Shown: one piece after another, positions 36,880-50,181 of the stretch | Layout: each line of letters starts with the position of its first letter | Numbering within the stretch: the stretch's first letter is position 1 | Assembly (NCBI GenBank): GCA_028534125.1 | Contig: CM052817.1 | Coordinates: 74,278,001 to 74,342,000 of the forward strand | Direction of reading: 5' to 3' | DNA from: Lama glama | Taxonomy: Eukaryota | Length of the DNA stretch: 64,000 nucleotides | Notes under the pieces: model-generated | The model's database searches: none | What the model was told of the DNA's origin: nothing | Seen by the model: the letters and a program-made list of their open reading frames with translations, nothing else | Program-made: the position numbers and the translations under genes

Positions 36880-38390
36880 TGTTCACATTCATTCAAGCAG
36901 TAATTGATCTCCTACTATGTGCAAAGCACTGTGTCAGTTACTCTGAGAAATACAAAGATGTATAAAGTAAGGCATTTTCCTCCCTAGTGGTTGCAGTATT
37001 AGAGCAGGAAATAAGACAATCATGCAGAACTAGAATTTATGGTAGTATCAGATGAGCACATTAATAGTGGTATAAACCAAATATTCAGGAGGTTAGAAGA
37101 GGATCAGGCCTCTTCTGACTGGGGAGACCCAATTGGGCTTCATGGAGGTGGTAGCATTTGACTAAAGCTCTCAGTGATGAGTAGGACTTCATAAGTAGAG
37201 ATGGGTATTAGATTTTTATGGAATGACATGAAAAAAGGCAGAGGAGAGAAATGTTCAAGAAACATTTATTAGTTCAGCTTAGTTGCATTTTTCATAAAGG
37301 AGTAGTATAAAATATGTCTAGGGGTAGATCTAGCATATGCTTGCAGCTTCAGACAAGGCATTTAGACTTGTGTTTAGAAGAACAGGATGACTGAAATAGT
37401 GCTTTAAGAGGCTTAGTCTGGGAACAGTATTCAGGGGGAGAGAAGTGAGGCAGAGTGAACTTTTAGGAAGCTACTGTAAGAGTATGAACATGAGGAAAAT
37501 GGCAGCAGGAATGGAATGGAAGCTCTAGGTAGGAAAGATAGTGGGAAGAATGAATCTACAGAATTTAGTGTATGGGGTTGGGAGCAATGGAAGGAAGTTG
37601 GAGACATTTAGAATAATTCTCAGGCTTTAAGTGTGGGCTGTTAACAAAACATTAATAAATTAATAGAAATAGTGAAGAGAGGACAAAATGTTGGCTTTGG
37701 GTTTTTGAATTTAGATGTCTTGATTTTGAGATGCTGATAGTGTATCCATAAGAACAAATTTAAAGCATAGAAATAAGGTGAACAGGCTCTGAAATAAAAC
37801 ACACCAGGGCTTGACTGCTTTCCCTACCTAACCATAAATTGGGTAAGTTACTTTATCTCCCTGAGCTTCAGGTTTCTCGTCTGTAAAGTGGGGATAACTT
37901 TTGCACCTATTCATAGGTTTGTATGTGGATAAAATAATTTATGTAAAAATCTTTCCATGGTGCTTGATAGAGTGTGGCTCAACAATGGCTAGTTATTTTT
38001 GCTCATAATCTTGTTGTTAGTTGGCAGGAGGAAATGTGTATCTAGAAATTGTGAGAGAAGCAAGCACTGCAAGTATCATTTTATGTCGTCTGTGAAGCAT
38101 GGCTGGTTGGTGCCATTTTAATGGATGAAAACAGATCATCAACCCTTGGGAAAGTAACCACAGTTAGGAGATGGGAAAGAAGAGGTTTCATTAAAAGCAT
38201 CAGAGAAAAAGTAACAGGAGATATCGAAGAGAAAACTCTCAAAAAGTCGTGGAATCCTAAACAGGTACATTTCAAAAAGAACTGGTAAGCAGAGTCTGAT
38301 TTTGCTAAAATCTTAAGAAGATGTGGGTGGATAGAAGGCTATTGAATAATTTAGGTCATCAGTACCCAATTCAAAGGCATTTATCAGAGG
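36880..38390 (-). mobile_element. Long L2 fragment interrupted by a MIR
   Basis: Starts with the L2 tail 'cattcattcaagcagtaattgatctcctactatgtgcaaagcactgtg' and continues with colinear purine-rich L2 motifs. Confidence 0.85.
37775..38000 (+). mobile_element. MIR inserted in L2
   Basis: 'ttgggtaagttactttatctccctgagcttcaggtttctcgtctgtaaagtggggataa'. Confidence 0.9.
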
Positions 38391-39429
38391 AGTATGTTTT
38401 TGGATTTTGGCCTTTGGCAAGACTGCCTACAAACTGTATTTAATTGGTGCCTTCACATTCCATAGCATTGATTATGCCTGTCTTTCACCAACTTGTACCT
38501 AGAAGTCTTAAACATCTTAGTTAAGCCATGTTGAGACTTTCTAAAGCCATCTACAAACCTTCCAATGCTATCAGAAACTCTTCAACAGTAACCTTCATTC
38601 CTTTGTTTGTTTAAAATTAATGTAATATTTATACTTTGAAGTGGATTGTCACTTTCTACTTTTAATGCATTTTTGCTTAAACTAGTTAATTTTATCCTTA
38701 CAATTACCTAATTAGTTAGGTTGGGCAAGTGTCATATTTCCCCATTTTATATGTAAGGAATCTAAACTTTCAAAATGTTGAAAAGTGAATAATAAAGAGT
38801 TGGGGTATGAATATAATACTTAGTCAAGAATTTGCACCAAAACATACATTGGTGCATTCCTTCTTAATTAGCCCTCTTTCCTTCTTGGAAATCTTCCCTA
38901 GTGTTCTCATTTAACAAGATCCTTTCTTCCTTCTAACATTATTCTTTTACTTTTCATTCCTCCTCTTATTTTTTATGAATATCTTCCATTGATAGCTCAT
39001 GCTACTAATCATTTCAGGCCAGAGACGTGAGTCCAGGCTATATTTTTTATTTTACATGAAGGAGGAATGATGAACTCTCTATACAAACCTGGTTTTGGCT
39101 CTGATAAAGAAAAGACAGAAAGATAAAGGTGGGGGAAAAAACCCAACTTCATGATTAGGGGTTTAGCAAGAGCACTAGATAGTCTTGGTTGTCATGGAGA
39201 CCACCACAGCCACTGCTTTATATGCAGATAATGTGCAGGAAGGGTAGACAGGAAGATTAGCTACAGATATAGTTCTTGAATACTGAAATGGTAGCAATAA
39301 AAAAAGCTACTGGCCTCAGGAAGTAGGGAGAACTAACACAGGTCACAGCAGGAGGAAAGTCAGAACCACACACTGAGGTAAAGGCTTTGGCTGGGAAGCC
39401 TAGACAGGCAATGTCTATAAAAGAGCTTG

Positions 39430-39856
39430 TATGGTAGACATTAGTGCTACTTCCCAAGTATTTCTGGCTCTCTTTCTCCAAAGTACATGATAAGACTAAC
39501 ACTTCTGGCACCTTTGTGTGTGGGAGGAGCCACATGACTAGTTCTGGCCAATAAGCTCTGAGCAGAAGTAATGTGTCATTTCCAGGCCTAACATTTAACT
39601 GCTGGTACCAGACCCTCCACAGCTCTATTTGCCTTCTAGCTAGTGATTGGCAACCTCTACTGGCTTGACTTCCAGAGTAACTACGATGAGGTGAGCATCT
39701 CTGTTTACCCAAAGTGGGCATGCAGTGTGAGGAAATTATGAGCCTTTGTTATTTAAAACCACTACAATTATTTTAAAATTATTTTAATTTTGATTAATTA
39801 ACTTATGCATGTATTTATTTAACTGCAGTGTTACCTAGCCTGTCCTAACTAATACA
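39430..39856 (+). mobile_element. MaLR solo LTR, MLT1I/J-like
   Basis: 'gccacatgactagttctggccaataagctctgagcagaagt...cctagcctgtcctaactaataca'; explains ORF 39257..39721. Confidence 0.85.
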
Positions 39857-39904
39857 GCTAATGAATGGTAAGGGTAATATTGGCAGGCTGTATGTGAGAA
39901 GACT

Positions 39905-40444
39905 TTCCAGTTATTTATTGTGGTATAATAAACCACTCCCAAAACTTAGTGGCATAAAATAATAAGTATTTTATTAAGCCCATGGATTCTGTGGGGTAGG
40001 AATTCAAAAGGCAAAGTGGGGTTGGCTTTTTCTGCCCCACAATGGCTGGGATGACTGGATGGCTGGGGGTTGGAATCATCCAGTGGCTTCTGCACTCACC
40101 TGCCTGGCACTTGGGCAGGATGGCTGAAGGACTGGTTAGGCAGGGTCTGTCCGTAAGAGCATCTACATGTGACCTCTTCATGTGGCTTGGGCTTTTTATA
40201 GCATGGCAGCCAGAATTTGAGAGGAAGCATCCTGAGAATGAGCATCATCCCAGAAGGCCTGTGGGGAAGCTTTGTGACCGTTTATTACACATGGTGTCAG
40301 ACCTGTGCACTCTGTTAGCTATGAGAGAGTCATAAGAACAACTACGAATCCAGTGGCAGCGGGTGGGAAGGAGGTATGGAATTAGACTTTGCTTCTCCAT
40401 GAGAAGAGTAACTAAGAATTTGTTGTCATTTGTAACATCATCAC
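39905..40444 (-). mobile_element. MaLR solo LTR, MLT1H-like
   Basis: 'aaaccactcccaaaacttagtggcataaaa...ggctgggggttggaatcatc...ctacatgtgacctcttcatgtggcttgggc'. Confidence 0.85.
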
Positions 40445-40544
40445 GGGAGGGTAAAGAAAAGCTTTCGTAATCATGGAAGGGAACAGATGTGCAATGTGGT
40501 CAAATCACAGTCCGTTTCGTAAGAACAAGATCTTACCTCTATAC

Positions 40545-40700
40545 AGTGTTCTGCAGCGTGTGATACACTTTCACATGCCTTGCCTCGTGTGAACCTCCCA
40601 ACAATCCCATGCTGTAATGCAGGCCTGTTATTTTTATCCCTGGAGTATAAGAAATTCTGAGAGAGATCTGAAGTAACTTAATACTATACCACTTAATGGA
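40545..40700 (-). mobile_element. MIR fragment
   Basis: 'cactttcacatgcc...cctcccaacaatcccatg...atttttatccc'. Confidence 0.6.
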
Positions 40701-40759
40701 TAGCTATTTAAATCTATCTTCTAATATTTCAAACTATACCCTACACCTTATTCTGAATT

Positions 40760-41095
40760 AAACAAATATTGAATGCTTACTAGATATGCACTCTCTTTGG
40801 TGCTGTGAACATGCAAAGACAAGTAAACTATCTTTGTAAGCTAGTGGAGAGGACAAACTGGACACAGAAAATAAAACAAAAAGGGTGACAGTAAGAGTCC
40901 AACGACAAGGACTATAGAGGACAGGGCACTCAGTTCAGACTGTGAGGGAGTAGTATTTAAACTGAGCCTTGAAGAATGAGAAATATTGAGATTGGTAGAA
41001 AGGGGTGGCCAAACCTCTCCAGCATGAGCAAAGGTACAAAACCTCAGTATACACGTTCAGGGATCCAGAAGAAGAAAGTGCGGCTGGAGTATAAA
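40760..41095 (-). mobile_element. L2 3' fragment
   Basis: 'aacaaatattgaatgcttac...tttaaactgagccttgaagaatgag...cagcatgagcaaaggtaca'. Confidence 0.75.
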
Positions 41096-43180
41096 GCAAA
41101 AAAAAAAAAAAAAAAGAGAGAGAGAGAGAAAGAAAAGAGGGAATCTAACATTGCACATTAGTCAGTTCTCCTTAAATTGTCTCAAGCCTACCTATGATAT
41201 CTTTATTTTGAGAGTTGTGCAACAGAAAATATGATATATTTCTCATTATACATCACTTTCCATCTCTGGAGCTTAACTCATCATCATTAACCTCTCCATG
41301 GCCTCCTAAAGTTCTTCAGAGTCATCTCTCAGTGGAAGGCTTCACTCTCACTGACTGCTACTCTCTTTGGTTACCAACTGTTTGTCCTGCTGACACAGTC
41401 CTTATTAGTCCTTTACCTCTTCATATAGACTACAGCAGAAGTTAATAATAATGTAGGTGGTCTTAAATTTTTCCATAAACCCTTCTTGAAGGAATAAGAG
41501 GTAATTATTACTAGAACAGATAGAGAATTATTAGCTGATATTATCGAATCACTCCTACTATGATCTAACTCTAAAATAACATTTAAAAAAATGAAGCAAA
41601 TTGTTTCTAGGCTGGTTTCCACAAGGATATTTTTCTGTTCAATTCTTAACACCCTTCTCTAGGCTACTCCCTCTTGCCTCACCCTTAGCTTCTGCTCTCC
41701 TCTCCCCTCAAATTACTCAGAATCCATTACCTATTTGTCTATTTCCTGTCTTCTACCGTTAAATGCTCTTCTGGTTAAAACAACAGGCATTAAAAGCTTT
41801 GCACTTACAGAAAAATATTATCTCACCAGGATTTTGCTGTGGAACTTTTCATGACCACTAGGAGACAGTGAGCATGAAATGATTAAATAGAAATGACTTT
41901 GAACTACTGTTGCTAAGAGTATTCAATGTATTACATTTAAAGTATAATGGCACTGAGCATATGGATCTGATTTCATTTTATGCTCCAAACGGGAAATTAC
42001 TTTCTCACCTGAAGGCTTTGTTTAAACCCTTGTGAAGTTCCCATAGCAGGAAAAAGAATATTGGTCCTGCAGAGAGAATGTAACAATTAAAGCAGAAGAC
42101 ACTGATCTTTGTCCAAAGAACAAGGGCTCACATCACATGGCCGGCATGTTAGAGCATATGTGACAAGCAAAAACCCTTCTGCAGAAATCAACTGATTACG
42201 AGAAAGTCAACAGATACAGTATCTAACAATAATAGCAGCTAAATAAGTATCTGTTAAGAGAAAGAGCAATACTAGAAGGTATTTTGGGTAAGTACATAAG
42301 CATAATTAAAATTTATTAATAAGAGCTTGAAGGAACAAAAAAAAAAATCAGGTACCCTGGACCCAACTTAGTAGGACAGTGAACTGCAGGTGACTCGTAG
42401 AAATAGAATTCAGCCTAGCAGCAAAAGTTTTTTAAAAAATCATCAAATCCTTTAGGAGAATGTACTAATATATTCTGTATGTAGAAGTATATATACGGTT
42501 GCGTATTAAACTTGGTGTATTTCTCATTACAGAGTAGGGGTTCAGTTAATTTAAATAAACATTTTGGTCACTTTCATTAAGTTCACAATGAAAAACTCAT
42601 TGTTTAACATGGATTCCTAAATGCAATGACTCATATTTGGCTATTGGAATTAAGATTCTGGTGCTTTGATTGGCAAAACCAGGAGAGAGGTAGGTAACAG
42701 AATTAGGTCTTTATGTTGAATTTCATGCTGTTAAATTAGGGAATAATTTGAGGTTTAGGCAGCTTGACCAATGTTACCCACACATGTAGAGAAAGAACCA
42801 GTCTCCAGGCATAAGATTGCCTGGTTCTAATGTACAGGCTGTTTCCATTATTCACTGCTGTTTCAAGTCTTACGAAGTACCTCATACCTTAACCTTGAGC
42901 CTATTCAGTGTATAAGGCATTATTCACCATAATTTTCCTAGTAGATGGAAGCAGAATTCTTGCATTTGCTGACTAATTATTTTTGTTCTGGACATTGGCC
43001 TCTTTTGATCTTTAGTTTTATTGTAAATATCACACTATGTTTTAAAAAATGTATACACTTATGATGAGAGGCGTTTACAAATGCTCAAAATACAATTCTT
43101 CACTTTAATATCTAAGGAGAAATATGCAACTCTTATCTATCAGCATTCTTAGAACTTTACTGTCTGGCTGAGTTTAAAGT

Positions 43181-43221
43181 CTTTTGCTGAATGTCTACCT
43201 GAAAATGACATTCAGCAAAAG
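43181..43221. repeat. Perfect inverted repeat, 15-bp arms, 11-nt spacer
   Basis: cttttgctgaatgtc (43181-43195) / gacattcagcaaaag (43207-43221). Confidence 0.95.
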
Positions 43222-44649
43222 TATTAAAGATGGTGATAAATGTAATAAATTCTACCTCTGAAAGGTCATTTTGGTTCAAAGGAGAGCATCTTAGCTTATG
43301 ATTACATAATTATCCCAGAATGTATCTGCAAGAATGAATAGGCAACTACTGATCCCTTTTAAGAGTTATGACTTTGGCAAAATGCATAACTTTCAGGGAC
43401 TCTCAGGATCTAAAAGAAAATTATTCTTTAGAACTGAGGGCATTAATAATGTCTAGTTGGAAAGATATTTTCAACAGTTAGCACTTTTAGAATAGGCATT
43501 AGCTTAAATGTTTTTAAACTATTCACATAAAAGAAAATACGTCAAATGCTCAAAGCAATGGTTTTTCTTTAACAGAAGCTTGCATTAGGGAAATGATACA
43601 GACTAAAAGATGGTACGCAAAAATAAACTAACCAATTGCCTTAGGGTCTATAGGCTCTCTTCCATCCTTGGCAGCACCTAATTTTATGCAGCTATCTTTA
43701 ATATTAAGTCAACTACTCACTCTTTTCCACAAATGTGCAAGAAAGTCATATGGTAAATAGTTTTTAAGGCATTTTTGAACTCTTGGGCCAAATTCTTGAC
43801 AGACTACTCTTATAATAGTCCCAAGAGCACCAAAGGGTGTCTGCTGTTTTCAAGGGCAATCGGCTTATTAGCAGCAGGGCTGACATGACCAATTTAAGAC
43901 ATTTTTAAGCCAGCACCGACTGAAATGGGCACAACTGGATTACCTTACTGAATTTTACACAGCTAATTCAAAATACAGTTTAATGACTTAAGGACAAAAC
44001 ATCCCATCTTGTTAAGCATTGCAGTTGGGCACCATTGACTTAGGAATAGTACCATTCAAGGGCAGTCAAATGTGTGTATGTATATCAAGGGAAAGACACT
44101 ATGATAAAGATCAACAAGTTGTTTTTAAGGCTACATATGTTGCAGACATGTGTTTATATCACTAAATATATTTTGGTTAAAGGTTTTTATATTTATTGAA
44201 ATATACATAGTAAAAATATAATTCATATACCTATATGTAACTTTAATTAAAAGTGTTGATAAATAGCATCACATTGTATTATAATTTGGATCAGAAGGAA
44301 CACTGGTCCTCTGTGCTATAGAATAATGGGAAGAGGGAAGAAGCTGGGGCCAGGGCTGAGGAAATTAACCTGGCTTTATGGCTGGGCTCCCGGCAAAGGG
44401 ATGGCCAGCATCCAATATATAGTGTGCAAAGTGTGATGAAGGCAGCTTGAGATTCTTGCCTGATAGAACAAGGCAGGAAGGGTTTGGAAGAAAAGCAGTA
44501 GTCAGTATAGGGTAGATGGCTGCATCATGGTTCCAGATGGTCTCTCCCTAAGCCAGGATTATAGCAAGCAAGATGCCGCCAGGACTCCCAGGTTCTAGTC
44601 TCAGCAGGAGATAGTGCTGTTAAAGGCCAGAAAATCGTAGTTGCTATTA

Positions 44650-45050
44650 CGGTGTGTGGGCTTTGGAATCAGCTAGACCTGGATTATAATCCTGGTGCTC
44701 CCACTTACTCATGTATTGTAACCTCTTTCGACTTAACCTCTCTAAACCACAGTTGTATCACTGGTAAAATAGAGCTAATAATATTTCAAACAATTTTTTT
44801 TGAGGATTAAATGATGTATGGTAGAATCTAATGGTTAAGAATGCAGGAATTTAGAATGCAAAGATAAAAGGTGTAGGTTTGGAGCTGGACTCGAGTTTGG
44901 ATGCTAGCTTGTGTTTGGGGGCAATTTATTTAACTCTCTTGGCCTCAGTTTGCTCATGTCTATGGAAAGAATGCTAAGTGAAACTATCTCTTAGGGCTTG
45001 TTGTTAGAACAGTGCTTGGTATGTAATAGTAATCAATAAAGTTAATTATA
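44650..45050 (+). mobile_element. Two MIR fragments in tandem or nested
   Basis: 'gggctttggaatcagctagacctggattataatcctgg...' and 'gggcaatttatttaactctcttggcctcagtttgctcatg...agaacagtgcttgg'. Confidence 0.8.
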
Positions 45051-46164
45051 GTTATTTATAATATTATACCAACATATATAAAAAATTCTTTTTTAATTGT
45101 TGCTATTATTCTTGTTAATAAAGCCAGTCATATAGATAGCTAAACACGGTGGGGAGGAGGAGAAAGCTGTGGTATTCCGTCTAGGTTGGTTGTAAAACCA
45201 CCAGCCTCATTGCAGATACGTTGGTGGAGTCTGTGTTGTTCATGTGCCATTTGTCATCATCAAGAATGAGTCAGCATCTGAATAGTGAAGCCCTTTGCTA
45301 AATAAAATGCCCATAAACTAAGGCTCAGCAAGGTGCAGGAAGGGAGGAAGCACAGACCACATGGGCAGTTATTACAGTTTTGAGAAGAAAACCACATGTG
45401 TCTGCTTAGCATTTTGTTACATCTTTCTCAGAATTATTGTTTCATTCCTGGCTTGTTCTGTTCTGCTAAAAGGCTCCTGAAGATGTGTCAAAATAAGTCA
45501 CTGCTCACCAGGACCATCACTTTAATTGCATTTTTCGAATTTACGCTAAAGAACATTACTAGACACTCAGTTTCTCAATATCCTAGTTTGCTTACCTATA
45601 AAATGGAGGGGTTGGATAAGAAAATTATATAATAACCTTTCAATTCATAAATTATATGATTCTGTGATCAAATACTACATTTAGCTTTCCTTAGAATGCC
45701 ACCTTCAGAGACTAGGACATATCATAGTTGTAACCATATTTTAATAAAGTCCTTATGGAAGTCCATGTAACTAAAAACTTTTGGATTAGGTCCAAGATCA
45801 TTAAACTAAGTTCCGTGATAGAGTGGCTCCATTCCATAGAGATTTTCGTTTATAACATATGTACTTTAAATGAAGTAATTTAGAATAAACTAAAGCCTGA
45901 GGGAGATCTATTTTTCAATATGCTCTGTCTTGCCATTTTCTCTCAGACGGTGAAATTGCCTATAAAGGAAGTTGATGTTGACACATATCAATTCCTACTG
46001 GAAGCGTCTCACTTCACCCTATTCTTTCAGCCTTATAGCTGTTCTGAATTCTGTGTCAGGCAAATTCTGAAGTACTCTCGACTTTGTAAATATCATATGT
46101 CTCAATAACAGCATTACTTCTTCAAAAGCATTTTGGTTCTTTCTCCTATGATGTATTAGGTCAT

Positions 46165-46395
46165 GATAACAACAGCTGATGTCTCCTGAGTGTGTGGTAT
46201 GTGCCAAGCTCTGTGCTCAGTGAAATATAGTGCATTTTCTCATTTTATCTTCATGGGAACCCTGTGAAGCAGGGCTATCATTACTCTCATTTTATAGAAG
46301 AGCAAATCAAGGCTTTGAAAGGTGGAGTATCTTGCTCCAGGTCACATGAGTGGTAAAGTCAGGACCTCAGCTACCAAGTTCATGTTCTTAATCAC
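46165..46395 (-). mobile_element. MIR SINE
   Basis: 'atgtgccaagctctgtgct...cattttatagaagagcaaatcaaggc...ccaggtcaca...catgttcttaatcac'. Confidence 0.85.
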
Positions 46396-47059
46396 AGCTT
46401 TCTAGATGAGCATGAAGGAGAAGCTGACAATGAAGATGTCAAAAGGTTCTAAATTTAGATGTGTGAACTTCACTAACAGAAAAACCTCAAAATTTTCAAC
46501 TATACTTTATTTGAGCATTGTAGATGTCTCGTAGAATTTGGGGATTCTTTCTTATGGCAAGTATGTTGCTTTATTTAAGGTTGTTCACTGCATTTTTTTC
46601 TCAGATGGAGCTTAAATCTATGTTTATCAAAACTAATAATTCATCCATGTTTTCAGAAAGTTTGGCAATTATTCCTACTTGGAGATGGCTTATGCAACTT
46701 CCCTGGAGGATCTTTGCCTTTTATGCTCTTGAAAAATAAATTATTTTGAGTTCCCTCTGTCCTCAAAGAGCTATTATTACTAACTGAATCCTTATCATCA
46801 CAAATAGGCCAAAGGGTAAGAGGCTTTTATTGATATTGTTCATTAAAATATTCATAACTAGGAATTTAAGACGTATTCCCTGTTGAGTGTAATCAAGCTA
46901 TTATTGCATGTGTGTCTTCTACTGACTTACTTTGCTTAAAAGTAATTTCCCAAAGTATAGAAAGTATTAGACTTTATATGCATATTTTTGTTTTGGTATC
47001 GGATGGAGGATGGGAAGAGGGTACCTGATAGAAGCTCCACCTCCCCCCCAAGATACACT

Positions 47060-49030
47060 GTCAATTAATTATTTAGCCAATAATTGAGGTATGGTATAAG
47101 GCATTGGGGTAGATACATGGAAATAAAAGAACATCTGGTCTCTAAGGCAACAGGATATATATTTAAAAGAATAAAGTGCAACTTATGAAGTCTCAAAAGA
47201 ATACCGACAATACTAAATGCTTTAGAGAGAGGAACTTGTATAGGGTTGTTATGGAAGATTTAACAGAAGAGTTAAGAGTTGATTTTGTCCATGAAGGATG
47301 AACAGGAATTTGATGCAGGGAAAGATACAATGAACTAAAACCACAGGCAGGACTATGACATCAAGACATGCTCAGGACAGTGACTAAGTCCTCTTGGCTC
47401 AAGGAGAAAGTATGTGTAAGGGCAAAGTTAGAGAAGAAAAATGAGAAGTGTAGCTTGCATTCAGATAGTAAAGAAGTGTGAATGATAATCTAAGAAGCTG
47501 GCTCTTGGCCAATAATTCTAGCTGAATTCTAATGTGGGTGGGGGCTTCCCATTATATCAAGCAATTTTTTTAATACCAGCAGGGTGTTCTACAATTTAAC
47601 TCAATTCTGGCACTATTTATCTGAAGAACATGTCAGATCCCACAGGATGAGAGCTCAGTCCTACAAGACTGCCCCCTTTCTCCACTTCAGATGCCAGTTG
47701 CAAATCCAAGTTGACATCTGTGCTTCTAACTGACCAGCTACAGATTGGAGATTCTAATTATCCCCTCTTGGGTTTGATTAATTTTCTAGAATGGCTCACA
47801 AATTTCAGAAACTTTTTACTTACTACATTACCAGTTTATTATAAAAGGATATATAACTCAGGAACAGCCAGATGGAAGAGATGCATAGAGAAAGAATGGG
47901 AAATGGTCACAGAGCTCCCTTGTCCTCTCCAAGTGTGCCACTCTCCTCACATCTCCATGTGTTCACCAACCCGGAAGCTCTCTGGACCCCTCCATTTGAG
48001 ATTTTATGAAGACTTCATTACATAGCCATGATTGATTAAATCATTGGCAGTTGTTGATTGAGTCGATCATTAGCCTCTCTCCCTTCCTAGGGAATCGGGG
48101 CAGTGGGTGCTGGAAATTTCACCCTCTATTTATAGTTGGTTCTCCTGGCAACCAGTCCCCACCCTCAGGTACTTTTCAAAAGTCACCTCATTAACATCCA
48201 CTTGGATATGGTTGAAAGGGGTTTGTTATGAATGTGAAGACATCTTTACTGCTGTCATCATTTAGGAAATTTCCTTGGGTTTTAGGAGTTCTGTGTTAGG
48301 AATAGTGTGAAAGATCAAACATTATTATTTTTATTATAAAGCACAATAGCACAGGCATCAAAGAGGCACTGATAGTTGGAAAGTGGACAACTAACATGAT
48401 GCTGTTTAGGGATAACTTTATAAAAAAGGTAAAATCATGATTCTCCTACAAGATATAAAATAAACATATATTAAAGATTTTATTTAACTCATAATAAGAG
48501 AAGTAGATAGATGTTCAAAAGAGGATCCAAAGAACAGAAAGACATAAATTGATCAGGAATATTGAAATAAATGCAAAAATGGAGACAGAACTGTTTTCTC
48601 AGTTGGGGAGGGGGTGTGCTGTCTCTCCACCGGACAGAATTTATTGGCATGTCTATAGGCAAGACTTATTTTTCATTTTAATTATCTATTTCCAACTTCT
48701 AAAATTGTAAGAATCAAAAAACCCAGAAGAGTGTTTAGTGTGTGCAGGCTGAATTCCAAAAAAGACTAAGGGTTTTTACAGGGACGGTTGGGATGTTTAT
48801 AGCGTCAGTGGTAAGAGACGAAGGCATGTGAAAGTAAACAAGTTGTCTGGATGTCATTTCATTATCAATCAGGAAATTACGAGGGAGAATGAAGAATCCA
48901 GGATTACTCTGAGTTTCTAACTTGTATTGCTGGGTGAACAATACTATCATTGACAGAATTTTTAAAATTATAAGATCAGTTTTATGCAAGTTGACTCTGA
49001 AGTGTCATTTAAATGGAAATATCTGACTGC
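47060..49030 (-). mobile_element. L2 fragments interrupted by the MER21-like LTR
   Basis: Antisense L2 motifs at ~47060-47510, ~48354-48430 and ~48800-49030. Confidence 0.65.
47525..48353 (-). mobile_element. MER21-like ERV solo LTR
   Basis: 'gggtgttctacaatttaactcaattctggcacta...gctcagtcctacaagactgcccc...cacttcagatgccag...ggaacagccagatggaagagatgcatag'; ends 'cacaatagcaca'. Confidence 0.85.
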
Positions 49031-49374
49031 ATGGCTGCATCCTTTTCATTTCCTTCCCGCAGTGGGAATTGCATGTTCTACTGTCCTTTACTACTATACT
49101 TTCCTTAGGAACTTAAACCCTGCTAGAATGGTGAGCCTTTTGGAGAGGTAAGTAGAGTGAGGTAAAAGAAAGTCTATTACACACTCATGTGTAGGATCTT
49201 ATCGTTGGATAACGCATTTTCTTTCTAGAAAGGCCCTGACATGGAACTATATTTCCTTGCAGGTAAGATCTTCCTTTTAGAGGCTAAAGCTATCAGATTA
49301 CTGGGTTAAAGAAAGAACAAGGTCCAGATGAAATGTGCCTCAGGGCTGGTGAATGTTTGGGTTGGAAAATAGCA

Positions 49375-49580
49375 AATATTATTGTGTGTTTTTTGTGTGC
49401 ATGACACTGTGCTATGCACTTTCCAGGCCTTAATTCTTATTATCCTCACAGGATTCATTTGGGGTTGGTGATATTATTTCCCCCATTTACCAAGGAGGAA
49501 ACTAAGAGAGTTTAAGTTACTTGCCAGCGCTCACAGATCTAGTAACGTCAGAACCGGGACAGAGCTCAGACCTGTGATTC
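49375..49580 (-). mobile_element. MIR SINE
   Basis: 'cccatttaccaaggaggaaactaagagagtttaagttacttgcc...tcacagatctagtaa'. Confidence 0.8.
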
Positions 49581-49884
49581 CAGGTACCACCCAGATTCCA
49601 CCAATCCCACTACCACTGACGAGGAGGGGAATCTTTGTAATGATGGCTCTGGAAGGAAAGGCAGACTCAGGATGAGGGTCATAGTGAGAAGTCTCACTCA
49701 GAAATTTGAGGGTACTGAGTGTCTGGGGACAAGGAAATGGAGGTGCACGATGAAAGAAAGATTACTTCAAGCAGAGCATCAGGGGGGTTGAATTCAAGAG
49801 AAAAAGGATATGACATTTGATTTTAGGATCATGTCTTTGCAGATTTTTTTTTTTTTTTTTTTGCTGAGAATTCGTCTAATGATT

Positions 49885-50115
49885 AGGAGTGTGGGCTATG
49901 AAACACCACCCACACGTTCACAAATGTCTCTGCCTCTTACTGAGCTGTTCACTCCTGGGTGGTGTGCTCCCTCTGCTCTCAACTGTACAAGGGGACGGCA
50001 GGGGGTGGGGAGCGGTGATGGCTTTATAGCATTTCTGTGAGGAATAAGTGACTTAAATTGTAAAGCACTTAGAACAATGCCTGGAACTTAGTAAGCATTC
50101 AAAGAATATTTGTTT
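49885..50115 (+). mobile_element. MIR SINE
   Basis: 'tgtgaggaataagtgac...tgtaaagcacttagaacaatgcctggaacttagtaagcattcaaa'. Confidence 0.75.
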
Positions 50116-50181
50116 TGATAATTATGAATAATTTTATTAATAAGGCAATTCACTTTCTACAGCATTTGAATACATTGTGGT

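Noticed and set aside
39257..39721. Longest ORF in the window (154 aa)
   Set aside because: Its first ~290 nt lie antisense within an MLT1 LTR. No recognisable domain or splice context.
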